From positions 1 through 43,588 of the forward strand of contig JAGPEO010000001.1 in the NCBI GenBank assembly GCA_018056925.1: a DNA stretch of 43,588 bases. The letters are read 5' to 3'. Made by a program: the position numbers and the translations under genes. Below, in pieces: positions 34,115 to 41,777 of the stretch; the first letter of the stretch is position 1, and each line of letters opens with the position of its first letter. The notes beneath the pieces were generated by a model. That model was not told the DNA's origin. It worked only from the letters and a program-made list of their open reading frames with translations, and did not search any database. This DNA comes from Phycisphaerae bacterium (GTDB lineage Bacteria > Planctomycetota > Phycisphaerae > UBA1845 > Fen-1342).

Positions 34115-34652
34115 GTTAGCGCTGCACATTCTCGACCTGGTCGAAAACTCGATCCGGGCCAACTCGTCAGTCATAGAGGTCACGGTCGCCGCGGACCAGA
34201 CGGCCGACCGCCTGCGCATCCAGATAGATGACAACGGCCCGGGCCTGAAGGTGACGCCTCAGCAGGCCCTGGACCCCTTCTATACGACCAAGTCCGGGAA
34301 ACGCACTGGTCTGGGCCTGAGCCTGTTCAAGGCGGCCGCCGAACGGGCGGGCGGACGGCTTACTTTAGAACGCTCGGACTTGGGCGGCCTGCGGGTTTTG
34401 GCGGAGATGGGCCTGCGACACGTAGACCGCAGCCCGCTGGGGGATCTGGCGACATCGCTGGGATCGGTCGTGTGCGCGAATCCGCACATCGATTTTCACT
34501 TTCGCATAAGTCACGACGGGCACGAGACTTGCATCCGAACCTGGGAGCTGGCACATGAACTTGGCCTGCCCCCCGACGATTCAATCGCTCTGGCACGCCG
34601 CGTGATAGAGACGATCCGGACGGAACTTGAAACGGCGAGGGGACTGGCTTAA
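34107..34652 (+). CDS. Stand-alone GHKL (histidine-kinase-like) ATPase without HisKA or receiver domains
   Basis: N-box LDLVENSIRAN, G1 DDNGPGL, G2 GLGLSL. 8-nt overlap with the PHP gene. Confidence 0.8.
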   Translation: MRELALHILDLVENSIRANSSVIEVTVAADQTADRLRIQIDDNGPGLKVTPQQALDPFYTTKSGKRTGLGLSLFKAAAERAGGRLTLERSDLGGLRVLAEMGLRHVDRSPLGDLATSLGSVVCANPHIDFHFRISHDGHETCIRTWELAHELGLPPDDSIALARRVIETIRTELETARGLA

Positions 34653-34754
34653 CAGCGGAGGGTGGGCACTCCCACCGCGCTTGAGCCCTAACCGCATTGG
34701 TGGCCGGCCGGGCCGTTGCCCCGCTAGGCCGGTCGAGCGTTACAGGAGATGTAA

Positions 34755-35306
34755 ATGAGTGAGGACCGCAAAGTAGGATGCACGTGCTCGTGCGGCGAGG
34801 AAGTCTCCGAGCAGGAGTTGCTTGCCCGCCTGGACGGCGTGCTCGCCGAATATCGGGACAAGCCCGGTGCTTTGATCCCGGTGTTGCAGATGGCGCAGGG
34901 CATCTTCGGCTATCTGCCCGAGGTGGCCTTGAAGCGGATTGCGTTAGGGCTGAACAAGTCCTACAGCGAGGTAGCCGGCGTCGTCAGTTTTTATTCCTTC
35001 TTCTCGACTGTGCCGCGCGGCAAGCACCTGGTGCGGGTCTGCCTGGGTACGGCCTGCTACGTGCGCGGCGGCAAACGCGTGCTCGACACGCTCAAGCAGA
35101 AGCTGGGCATCGACGTCGGCGAAACGACGCCCGACCGCCAGTTCACGCTCGAAGTGGCACGCTGCTTCGGGGCGTGCGGGCTGGCGCCGGCCATCATGAT
35201 CGACGATGACGTCCATCACCGTGTCAAGCCCAACAAGATCGAGCTGGTCCTCGGTCCGTATCGAAACGGCGAGGCGGCCAAGGCGGAAAGGAAGGTCCCG
35301 GCATGA
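34755..35306 (+). CDS. hydC: NuoE/HydC-like [2Fe-2S] subunit of NAD(P)-linked hydrogenase
   Basis: VCLGTACYVRGG ... ARCFGACGLAPA is the thioredoxin-like 2Fe-2S motif. AGGAG Shine-Dalgarno upstream. Confidence 0.9.
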   Translation: MSEDRKVGCTCSCGEEVSEQELLARLDGVLAEYRDKPGALIPVLQMAQGIFGYLPEVALKRIALGLNKSYSEVAGVVSFYSFFSTVPRGKHLVRVCLGTACYVRGGKRVLDTLKQKLGIDVGETTPDRQFTLEVARCFGACGLAPAIMIDDDVHHRVKPNKIELVLGPYRNGEAAKAERKVPA

Positions 35307-35668
35307 CTCGCATCAACAGCCCCCAAGACCTGAAAGCCCTTCAAGAGAAAGCCAAGAAAGACATCGACCTGCGCAGCGGCCAGAAGGACATGCGCATCAC
35401 CGTCCACATGGGCACCTGCGGCATCGCCGCCGGGGCGCGCGACGTGCTGGCCGCTCTGTTGACCGAGCTGGGTCCGGCCACCGACAAAGTCACAATCACG
35501 CAGACCGGCTGCGCCGGGCTGTGCGACCAGGAACCCATGCTCACGCTCACCGATAAGGCCGGCGGTTCCTTCCGCTACGGGCGTTTGGACAAGAACAAGG
35601 TTGGCCAGATCGTGCGCGAGCACGTGTTGCGCGGCCAGCCGGTGCTGGAATACATGATTAAGTGCTAG
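35303..35668 (+). CDS. Small thioredoxin-like [2Fe-2S] ferredoxin (HndB/HydD-like)
   Basis: VHMGTCGIAAGA ... QTGCAGLCDQEP. ATGA overlap with hydC. Confidence 0.8.
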   Translation: MTRINSPQDLKALQEKAKKDIDLRSGQKDMRITVHMGTCGIAAGARDVLAALLTELGPATDKVTITQTGCAGLCDQEPMLTLTDKAGGSFRYGRLDKNKVGQIVREHVLRGQPVLEYMIKC

Positions 35669-35728
35669 TTGTCAGTGGTCAGTTTTCAGTTGTCAGTTTC
35701 AGAATGCGACGGACAACTGATGGCTGAC
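35669..35728. repeat. Heptamer array with partial inverted counterpart
   Basis: TTGTCAG TGGTCAG TTTTCAG TTGTCAG TTTCAG (35669-35702), then GACAACTGA TGGCTGAC (35712-35728). A 9-bp perfect stem pairs 35686-35694 with 35712-35720. Confidence 0.9.
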
Positions 35729-35756
35729 GCCCGGCAACTTCGGAGATCGAGCGAAC

Positions 35757-38700
35757 ATGAATAACGTCAGAAGTCACGTTCTCGTCTGCACCGGCGGCGG
35801 CTGCATTGCCTCAGGGGCCCTCGAAGTTTCCGCGGCCCTGCGCGAGCAGCTCGAGAAGCACGGCTTGCACCACGAGATCAAGGTTATCGAGTCCGGCTGC
35901 CTGGGTCCCTGTGCGGTCGGCCCGGTCGCCTCCGTCTATCCCGATGGCACGTTCTACCAGGGATTGCGGGCCGACGACGCGGAGGAAATCGTCAAAGAGC
36001 ATCTGCTCAAGGGCCGCGTGGTCGAACGCCTGGTCCACAAGACGCCGGCCGGCCAGCCCGTTTCCGGCCTGCATGAGATCGGCTTCTTCCAGAAGCAGGT
36101 CAAAATCGTGCTGCGCAACTGCGGCGTGATCGACCCGCTGCGGATCGAGGAATACATCGCCCGCGACGGCTATCAGGCCCTCGGCAAGGTCCTGACCGAG
36201 ATGACGCCCGAGCAGGTCATCGCCGAGATGAAGAAGTCCGGCCTGCGCGGCCGTGGCGGGGCCGGCTTCCCGACCGGCTTGAAGTGGGAATTCACCCGCA
36301 AGAGCAAGGGCGAGGTCAAGTACATCCTGTGCAACGGTGACGAAGGCGACCCCGGCGCATTCATGGACCGCAGCGTCCTGGAAGGCGATCCGCACAGCGT
36401 AATCGAGGGCATGGCCATCGCCGCCTACGCCATCGGCGCGCACCAGGGCTTTGCCTATATCCGTGCCGAATACCCGCTGGCGGTCGAGCGTTTCCAGCAC
36501 GCCCTCAAGCAGGCCCGCGACTGCGGCTTGCTGGGGAAGAACATCATGAACAGCGGCTTCGATTTCGATATCGAAGTCCGCATGGGTTCCGGCGCGTTCG
36601 TCTGCGGCGAGGAAACCGCCCTGATGACGAGCATCGAAGGCAACCGCGGCGAGCCGCGTCCACGGCCCCCGTTCCCGGCCGTCAAAGGCCTGTGGGACAA
36701 GCCGAGCTGCCTGAACAACGTCGAGACCTTCGCCAGCGTGCCGGTCATCATGCACAAGGGCGCCGACTGGTACGGCTCCTACGGCACCGAGAAGAGCAAG
36801 GGCACCAAAGTGTTCGCCCTGGCGGGTGCGGTCAACAACACCGGCCTGGTCGAAGTGCCCATCGGCATGCCGCTGGGCGAGATCATCCACGACATCGGCG
36901 GCGGCATTCCGGGCGGCAAGAAGTTCAAGGCGGCCCAGATGGGCGGCCCGTCCGGCGGCTGCATCCCGAAAGAGCACCTGAACGTTCCGGTCGATTACGA
37001 GTCGCTGACCGAACTGGGCGCGATCATGGGCTCCGGCGGCATGATCGTCATGGACGAGGACACGTGCATGGTGGACGTGGCCCGCTTCTTCCTGGACTTC
37101 TGCCAGGATGAGAGCTGCGGCAAGTGTCCGCCGTGCCGCGTCGGCACCAAGCGCATGCTCGAAATCGTGAGCCGCATTTGCGAAGGCCTGGGCGAGGAAG
37201 GCGACGTCGAGAAGCTGATCGAGCTGGGCCAGACCATCAAGGACACGGCCTTGTGCGGGCTGGGTCAGACCGCCCCCAACCCGGTCCTGTCCACCATTCG
37301 ATATTTCCGCGACGAGTACGACGCCCACATTCGCGAGAAGCGCTGCCCGGCCGGCGTGTGCCCGTCACTGGTGCGAGCCCCCTGCCAGAGCGCCTGCCCG
37401 GCCGGCGTGGACGTGCCCGGGTTCGTCTCGCTGGTGGGCGAAAAGCGGTACGCCGAGGCCTTGGCGCTGCATCGCAATCGCAACCCGTTCGCGTCCGTTT
37501 GCGCCCGCGTGTGCTTCCACGCCTGCGAGGACAAGTGCCGCCGCGGCAGCCTCGACGAAGCGGTCGCCATTCGCGGCGTCAAACGCTTCATGGCTGAACA
37601 GGAAGTCACGGTTCAGCTCCCCTCCGTGCAGGACAACGAGGAAAACGCCCGCCGCAAGATCGCCATCATTGGCGCCGGCCCGGCCGGCCTGTCGTGTGCG
37701 TACTTCCTGGCGCGGCTCGGCTACCGCCCGAAGGTGTTCGAGGCCGAGTCACAGCCGGGTGGCATGCTGGTGCAGGCGATTCCCGCCTACCGGCTGCCGC
37801 GGCAGGAATTGGCCCGCGAAATCCGCATGATTGAGCGGCTCGGCGTGGACATCGAGCTGAACATGCGTCTCGGCCGAGACTTCACGCTGGAGAGCCTCCG
37901 CAAGGACGGCTATGAGGCCGTGTTCCTCGCCGTCGGCGCTCCGCAAGGCTCGAAGCTGGGTATCCCCGGCGAAGAGGCCGACGGCGTGGTCGACGCCCTG
38001 CGGTTCCTCCGCGAGTACAACGTCCGCGGCACCGCCCAGGTGGGCAAGAACGTGGTCGTTATCGGCGGCGGCAATTCGGCGATCGACGCGGCTCGGACCG
38101 CAATCCGCCTGGGAGCCGAGTCGGTTACCGTGCTCTACCGCCGAACGCGTGCCGAAATGCCCGCCTTCGCCGAAGAAATTGACGAAGCCGAGCACGAAGG
38201 CGTACGGATCGCGACCCTCGTCGCCCCGCTTGAAGTCGTGCAGAAGAACGGCAAGGTCGCCGGTCTCAAGTGCCGCCACATGGTCCTGGGCGAGTTCGAC
38301 CGCAGCGGGCGTCGCCGGCCGGTCGACGGCAAAGACGAAGACTTCATCGTCCCGGCCGACATGATCATCGCCGGCATCGGACAAAAACTCGACACGGCCG
38401 AAATCTTCAACGGCCAGGCCCTGAAGGTGAATCGTTCCGGCTTCATCGCCGCGGACCGAATCACCGGGCAGACCTCAGTGCCGTGGATTTACGCCGGCGG
38501 CGATGCGGCCGTCGGACCCTGGTCGGTCGTGGGCGCCATCGCGGATGGCGAAAAAGCGGCTGTGGCGATCGACAAGATGCTCACCGGGGCCGAGCACGCC
38601 TTCTGGCGTGAGAACCAGCAGCCGGACACCGAGTTTGACCCGGACGCCGATCCGGTGCAGTACCCGCGGGCCAAGCAGGCCATGATTCCGGTGAGCAAGC

Positions 38701-38834
38701 GCAAGAACAACTTCCAGGAGGTCGAGCTGTCCTGGTCGGAGGCCGTGGCGCGGCGCGAAGCCAAGCGTTGCCTGCGGTGCGACTACCGGGCGCCGGCGGG
38801 TTCCGAAGGTAAAGTTCCGCCCTGCAAGCAGTAA
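35757..38834 (+). CDS. hydB: NuoF/HydB-like flavoprotein subunit fused to a GltD/NfnB-like FAD/NAD(P)H oxidoreductase
   Basis: N-terminal 2Fe-2S (CTGGGC...CLGPC), GLRGRGGAGFPTGLKW, CGKCPPCRVG. From about 37340, the GltD-type cluster region (APCQSACPAGVDVP, CARVCFHACEDKCRR) and two Rossmann motifs (IIGAGPAGLS, VIGGGNSAIDAA). Confidence 0.88.
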   Translation: MNNVRSHVLVCTGGGCIASGALEVSAALREQLEKHGLHHEIKVIESGCLGPCAVGPVASVYPDGTFYQGLRADDAEEIVKEHLLKGRVVERLVHKTPAGQPVSGLHEIGFFQKQVKIVLRNCGVIDPLRIEEYIARDGYQALGKVLTEMTPEQVIAEMKKSGLRGRGGAGFPTGLKWEFTRKSKGEVKYILCNGDEGDPGAFMDRSVLEGDPHSVIEGMAIAAYAIGAHQGFAYIRAEYPLAVERFQHALKQARDCGLLGKNIMNSGFDFDIEVRMGSGAFVCGEETALMTSIEGNRGEPRPRPPFPAVKGLWDKPSCLNNVETFASVPVIMHKGADWYGSYGTEKSKGTKVFALAGAVNNTGLVEVPIGMPLGEIIHDIGGGIPGGKKFKAAQMGGPSGGCIPKEHLNVPVDYESLTELGAIMGSGGMIVMDEDTCMVDVARFFLDFCQDESCGKCPPCRVGTKRMLEIVSRICEGLGEEGDVEKLIELGQTIKDTALCGLGQTAPNPVLSTIRYFRDEYDAHIREKRCPAGVCPSLVRAPCQSACPAGVDVPGFVSLVGEKRYAEALALHRNRNPFASVCARVCFHACEDKCRRGSLDEAVAIRGVKRFMAEQEVTVQLPSVQDNEENARRKIAIIGAGPAGLSCAYFLARLGYRPKVFEAESQPGGMLVQAIPAYRLPRQELAREIRMIERLGVDIELNMRLGRDFTLESLRKDGYEAVFLAVGAPQGSKLGIPGEEADGVVDALRFLREYNVRGTAQVGKNVVVIGGGNSAIDAARTAIRLGAESVTVLYRRTRAEMPAFAEEIDEAEHEGVRIATLVAPLEVVQKNGKVAGLKCRHMVLGEFDRSGRRRPVDGKDEDFIVPADMIIAGIGQKLDTAEIFNGQALKVNRSGFIAADRITGQTSVPWIYAGGDAAVGPWSVVGAIADGEKAAVAIDKMLTGAEHAFWRENQQPDTEFDPDADPVQYPRAKQAMIPVSKRKNNFQEVELSWSEAVARREAKRCLRCDYRAPAGSEGKVPPCKQ

Positions 38835-38852
38835 GGGCAAGAGGACTGATAC

Positions 38853-40664
38853 ATGCCAAAGCTTACGATTGACAACATCCCCGTCGAGGTTCCCGAGGGA
38901 ACCAGTGTCCTGGAAGCGGCCCAAAAGGCCGGCATCCGGATTCCGACGCTGTGCTATCTTAAGGACGTGCAGGCCATCGGCGCCTGCCGCGTGTGCACGG
39001 TGGAGATCAAGGGCGCCCGTACGCTCGTGGCCTCTTGCTCCCAGCCCGCGACTGAGGGCATGGAAGTAAAAACCAACACGCGCCGCGTGCGCCAGGCGCG
39101 CCGCACCGTCGTCGAGCTTCTCCTCTCCGAGCACGACGGCGACTGCCAGACCTGCAACCGCAGTGAAGACTGCGAGCTGCAGGCCGTGGCGCGTGAGCTT
39201 GGGGTTAAGGACATCACCTACCCCGGCGCCAAGGCCGCTCGCTTCCGCGACACCAGCACGCCCGCTCTGACCCGCGACACCGCCAAGTGCATCGCCTGCC
39301 GGCGTTGCGTGACGGTCTGCAACAACGTCCAGGGCGTCGCAGCCCTGTGGGCTCAGAACCGCGGGTTCAAGACCGTCATCGGTCCGGCCTTCTGCCAGAA
39401 CCTGGACGAAGTCGTGTGCGTGCAGTGCGGCCAGTGCGGGGCCGTGTGCCCGGTCGGCGCAATCACCGAGAAGGACCACATCGCGGCTGTCTGGGAAGCC
39501 TTGGATGACCCCAACAAGCACGTTGTGGTGCAGACCGCCCCTGCCATTCGCGCCGCCTTGGGCGAATGCTTCGGCTACCCGCCCGGCACGCGCGTTACCG
39601 GCAAGATGACCGCCGCCCTGCGGCGTCTCGGATTCGACGGTGTGTTCGATACGAACTTCGCCGCCGACCTGACCATCATGGAAGAGGGCACCGAGTTGCT
39701 CATGCGGCTCAAGCATGCCCTGGTCGATTCCAAGAAGGGCGGCGGCAACGGCCACAAGGACGATCATCACACGCCGGGTCCGCTGCCGATGTTCACGAGC
39801 TGCTCGCCGGGCTGGATCAAGTTCCTCGAGCACTACTACCCGGACATGACGGCGAATCTGTCCACGTGCAAGTCGCCGCAGCAGATGTTCGGCGCGGTCG
39901 CCAAGACTTACTACGCCCAGAAGATCGGCAAGAAGCCGGAAGATATCTTTGTGGCGTCGGTCATGCCTTGCACCGCCAAGAAGTACGAGTGCCAGCGGCC
40001 TGAGATGAACGACAGCGGCGTGCAGGATGTCGATGCGGTCCTGACCACTCGCGAGTTGGCTCGCATGATCAAGCAGGCCGGCATCCGCTTCGAGCAACTG
40101 CCGGATGAGAAGATGGACGCCCCGCTGGGCATCTCGACCGGCGCTGCCGACATCTTCGCCAATACCGGCGGCGTGATGGAAGCGGCCCTGAGAACCGCTT
40201 GGGAAATCGTGACCGGCAAGCCGTTGCCGTTCGAGAATCTGCACGTGCAGCCGATCGCCGGCCTCGAAGGCGTCAAGGAAGCGTCCGCAAAGATCACCGG
40301 CGCCAAGCCGGAGTGGTCGTTCCTCGAAGGCGCCGAGCTGAAGGTCGCGGTCGCCCACGGCCTGGGCAACGCCCGCAAGGTCATCGAGGCGGTCCGTAGC
40401 GGCCAGAAGCAGTATCACTTCATCGAAGTGATGACCTGCCCCGGCGGTTGCATCGGTGGCGGCGGGCAGCCGCGGCTGACGACGAACGACCACCGCCTGG
40501 CCCGCATCCGGGCGATCTACGAGGAAGACGAACATCGCGAGCTGCGCAAGAGCCACGAAAACCCGGCCGTTTTGCAGCTTTACAAGGAATTCCTCGGTCA
40601 GCCGCTAGGCGAGAAGTCGCACAAGCTGCTGCACACGAAGTACGTGGCGCGTACTAAGGTTTAA
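38853..40664 (+). CDS. hydA: [FeFe]-hydrogenase catalytic subunit, long multi-cluster form with non-canonical L1 motif
   Basis: N-terminal 2Fe-2S and F-cluster domains (CIACRRCVTVC, CVQCGQCGAVCP). L1 FTSCSPGW, L2 VMPCTAKKYE, L3 EVMTCPGGCIGGGGQP. C-terminal small-subunit-like tail. Confidence 0.92.
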   Translation: MPKLTIDNIPVEVPEGTSVLEAAQKAGIRIPTLCYLKDVQAIGACRVCTVEIKGARTLVASCSQPATEGMEVKTNTRRVRQARRTVVELLLSEHDGDCQTCNRSEDCELQAVARELGVKDITYPGAKAARFRDTSTPALTRDTAKCIACRRCVTVCNNVQGVAALWAQNRGFKTVIGPAFCQNLDEVVCVQCGQCGAVCPVGAITEKDHIAAVWEALDDPNKHVVVQTAPAIRAALGECFGYPPGTRVTGKMTAALRRLGFDGVFDTNFAADLTIMEEGTELLMRLKHALVDSKKGGGNGHKDDHHTPGPLPMFTSCSPGWIKFLEHYYPDMTANLSTCKSPQQMFGAVAKTYYAQKIGKKPEDIFVASVMPCTAKKYECQRPEMNDSGVQDVDAVLTTRELARMIKQAGIRFEQLPDEKMDAPLGISTGAADIFANTGGVMEAALRTAWEIVTGKPLPFENLHVQPIAGLEGVKEASAKITGAKPEWSFLEGAELKVAVAHGLGNARKVIEAVRSGQKQYHFIEVMTCPGGCIGGGGQPRLTTNDHRLARIRAIYEEDEHRELRKSHENPAVLQLYKEFLGQPLGEKSHKLLHTKYVARTKV

Positions 40665-40731
40665 GAAACGATTCCCATTAGATCCGAGCCCAAAGCGACA
40701 GCGAGGGCGAAGGATCAACGGTGAACAAACA

Positions 40732-40779
40732 AGCGAGGCGCCTGCCAACCTCCAGATTGGCAGGCGCCTCGCTCTTTTG
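40732..40779 (+). terminator. Rho-independent terminator of the hydrogenase operon
   Basis: Perfect 17-bp stem AGCGAGGCGCCTGCCAA / TTGGCAGGCGCCTCGCT, an 8-nt loop, then CTTTTG. Confidence 0.9.
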
Positions 40780-40889
40780 CGCCCCGCGTCGCGATGCCGC
40801 GGCAAGCCTGATAAAAACCGCAATCAGCGATCCCAGAGCTGCGCTCTTTCCGCGCGACCTCAAAAATGGCGAATCGCCACTTTTTTTCG

Positions 40890-40916
40890 AAAGTTTTTAT
40901 GGGGGCCAGCCGATAG
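40890..40916 (+). promoter_or_regulatory. Sigma-28 (FliA)-type promoter
   Basis: AAAGTTT-N12-GCCGATAG compared with the consensus TAAAGTTT-N11-GCCGATAA. It lies upstream of the FlgM-like ORF. Confidence 0.55.
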
Positions 40917-41067
40917 AACTTTTGAGCGAGCGGGCTGTTACCAAGCTGCCGCCGACGGAGCGGCGGGCGGCTTGCCAGCATTGATCCGTAACCATCACGG
41001 AGGAGCATGAGCGGAACCGTTTCCGCGTGCCGCGCGAGTGCGCGGTGATGGGAAGGTGTGTGTCAGC

Positions 41068-41370
41068 ATGATAGAAATTGCCCTTTCCTGTGCTCGACCA
41101 GAAGAGTGCGCTGGTCACCTCCGCGACCGCCGCGATGCCAATTACAGAACTCCGGACAGCAAAGCCCCCGGCCAGGCGCTGGATCAGGACCGCGTCGAGC
41201 TGTCGGCCGGCGCGCACCGGGAAGATGGGCCCGCCCCGGCGGTTTCAAACGACCGCCTGGCGGAGCTTCGAACGCGCATCGCGGAGGGAAGCTACCTCAC
41301 GCCGGACAAGATCGACTACGTCGTGGACCGCCTGCGCGAAGAGCTGTTCGGAAGCGCGCACTCAGCGTAA
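41068..41370 (+). CDS. flgM: FlgM-like anti-sigma-28 factor
   Basis: DRVELS followed by the C-terminal RLAELRTRIAEGSYLTPDKIDYVVDRL pattern, typical of FlgM. The start is uncertain (GTG at 41038 or ATG at 41068). Confidence 0.6.
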   Translation: MIEIALSCARPEECAGHLRDRRDANYRTPDSKAPGQALDQDRVELSAGAHREDGPAPAVSNDRLAELRTRIAEGSYLTPDKIDYVVDRLREELFGSAHSA

Positions 41371-41471
41371 AGCCTGCTTTGACGTGAACGCACGACCTTA
41401 GCGGCAACGTCAGCGCGCGGCGTCCGGAACGCGGCGCGGTTGTTCCCCCGGAAAGTTGAAGCTCGAGTCAC

Positions 41472-41738
41472 TTACGGCCGCTTCGGCTTCTCGCCTTCAC
41501 CATGCGCCTTCCGCGCATCGTCCCGGATCTCCCGCAGCAACCCGGCAATTTCGCCGAGCTTGGCGTTCATCGTTTCAAACTGCTTGATCATCTCCAGCCG
41601 CTGCGCGCCCGCATCCGGCGGCGACTGCGCCAGCGCGGCCGGCGGCGACGAGAGCTGGCTCCACACGACCAGAATCAGTAAAGCAGTGGCGGCGGCGAGC
41701 AAGCAGGCGCGCCACGAACTACCTATGGTTTGTCTCAT
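41472..41738 (-). CDS. Small signal-anchored or secreted protein, hypothetical
   Basis: MRQTIGSSWRACLLAAATALLILVVW..ALAQ signal-like N-terminus and a helical C-terminus. GGAGAAG Shine-Dalgarno before the ATG at 41738. Confidence 0.55.
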   Translation of the reverse strand: MRQTIGSSWRACLLAAATALLILVVWSQLSSPPAALAQSPPDAGAQRLEMIKQFETMNAKLGEIAGLLREIRDDARKAHGEGEKPKRP

Positions 41739-41777
41739 CGAGTCTTCTCCGCTAGGAAACGGGCCAACGCTCAGAAT

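Noticed and set aside
35155-35170. TGGCACGCTGCTTCGG, a near sigma-54 -24/-12 match.
   Set aside because: It lies inside the hydC coding region, where it encodes the conserved EVARCFGAC cluster motif. The -12 element is TTCG rather than TTGC. The match is most likely forced by the protein sequence.
35811-37328. 505-aa minus-strand ORF. There are similar long antisense ORFs at 38475-40556, 1503-2984, 14163-15221, 29295-30263 and 25707-26582.
   Set aside because: Each lies exactly opposite a gene with unambiguous family motifs (hydB, hydA, secY, mreB, hydF, clpP). Their products are Arg/Gly/Ala/His-rich low-complexity sequences, typical of stop-free antisense frames in high-GC DNA.
40721-40984. 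87-aa plus-strand ORF (MNKQARRLPTSRLAGASLF...) after hydA.
   Set aside because: Its first 20 codons are simply the two arms of the 17-bp terminator stem. It has no Shine-Dalgarno, and the remainder spans the sigma-28 promoter region.
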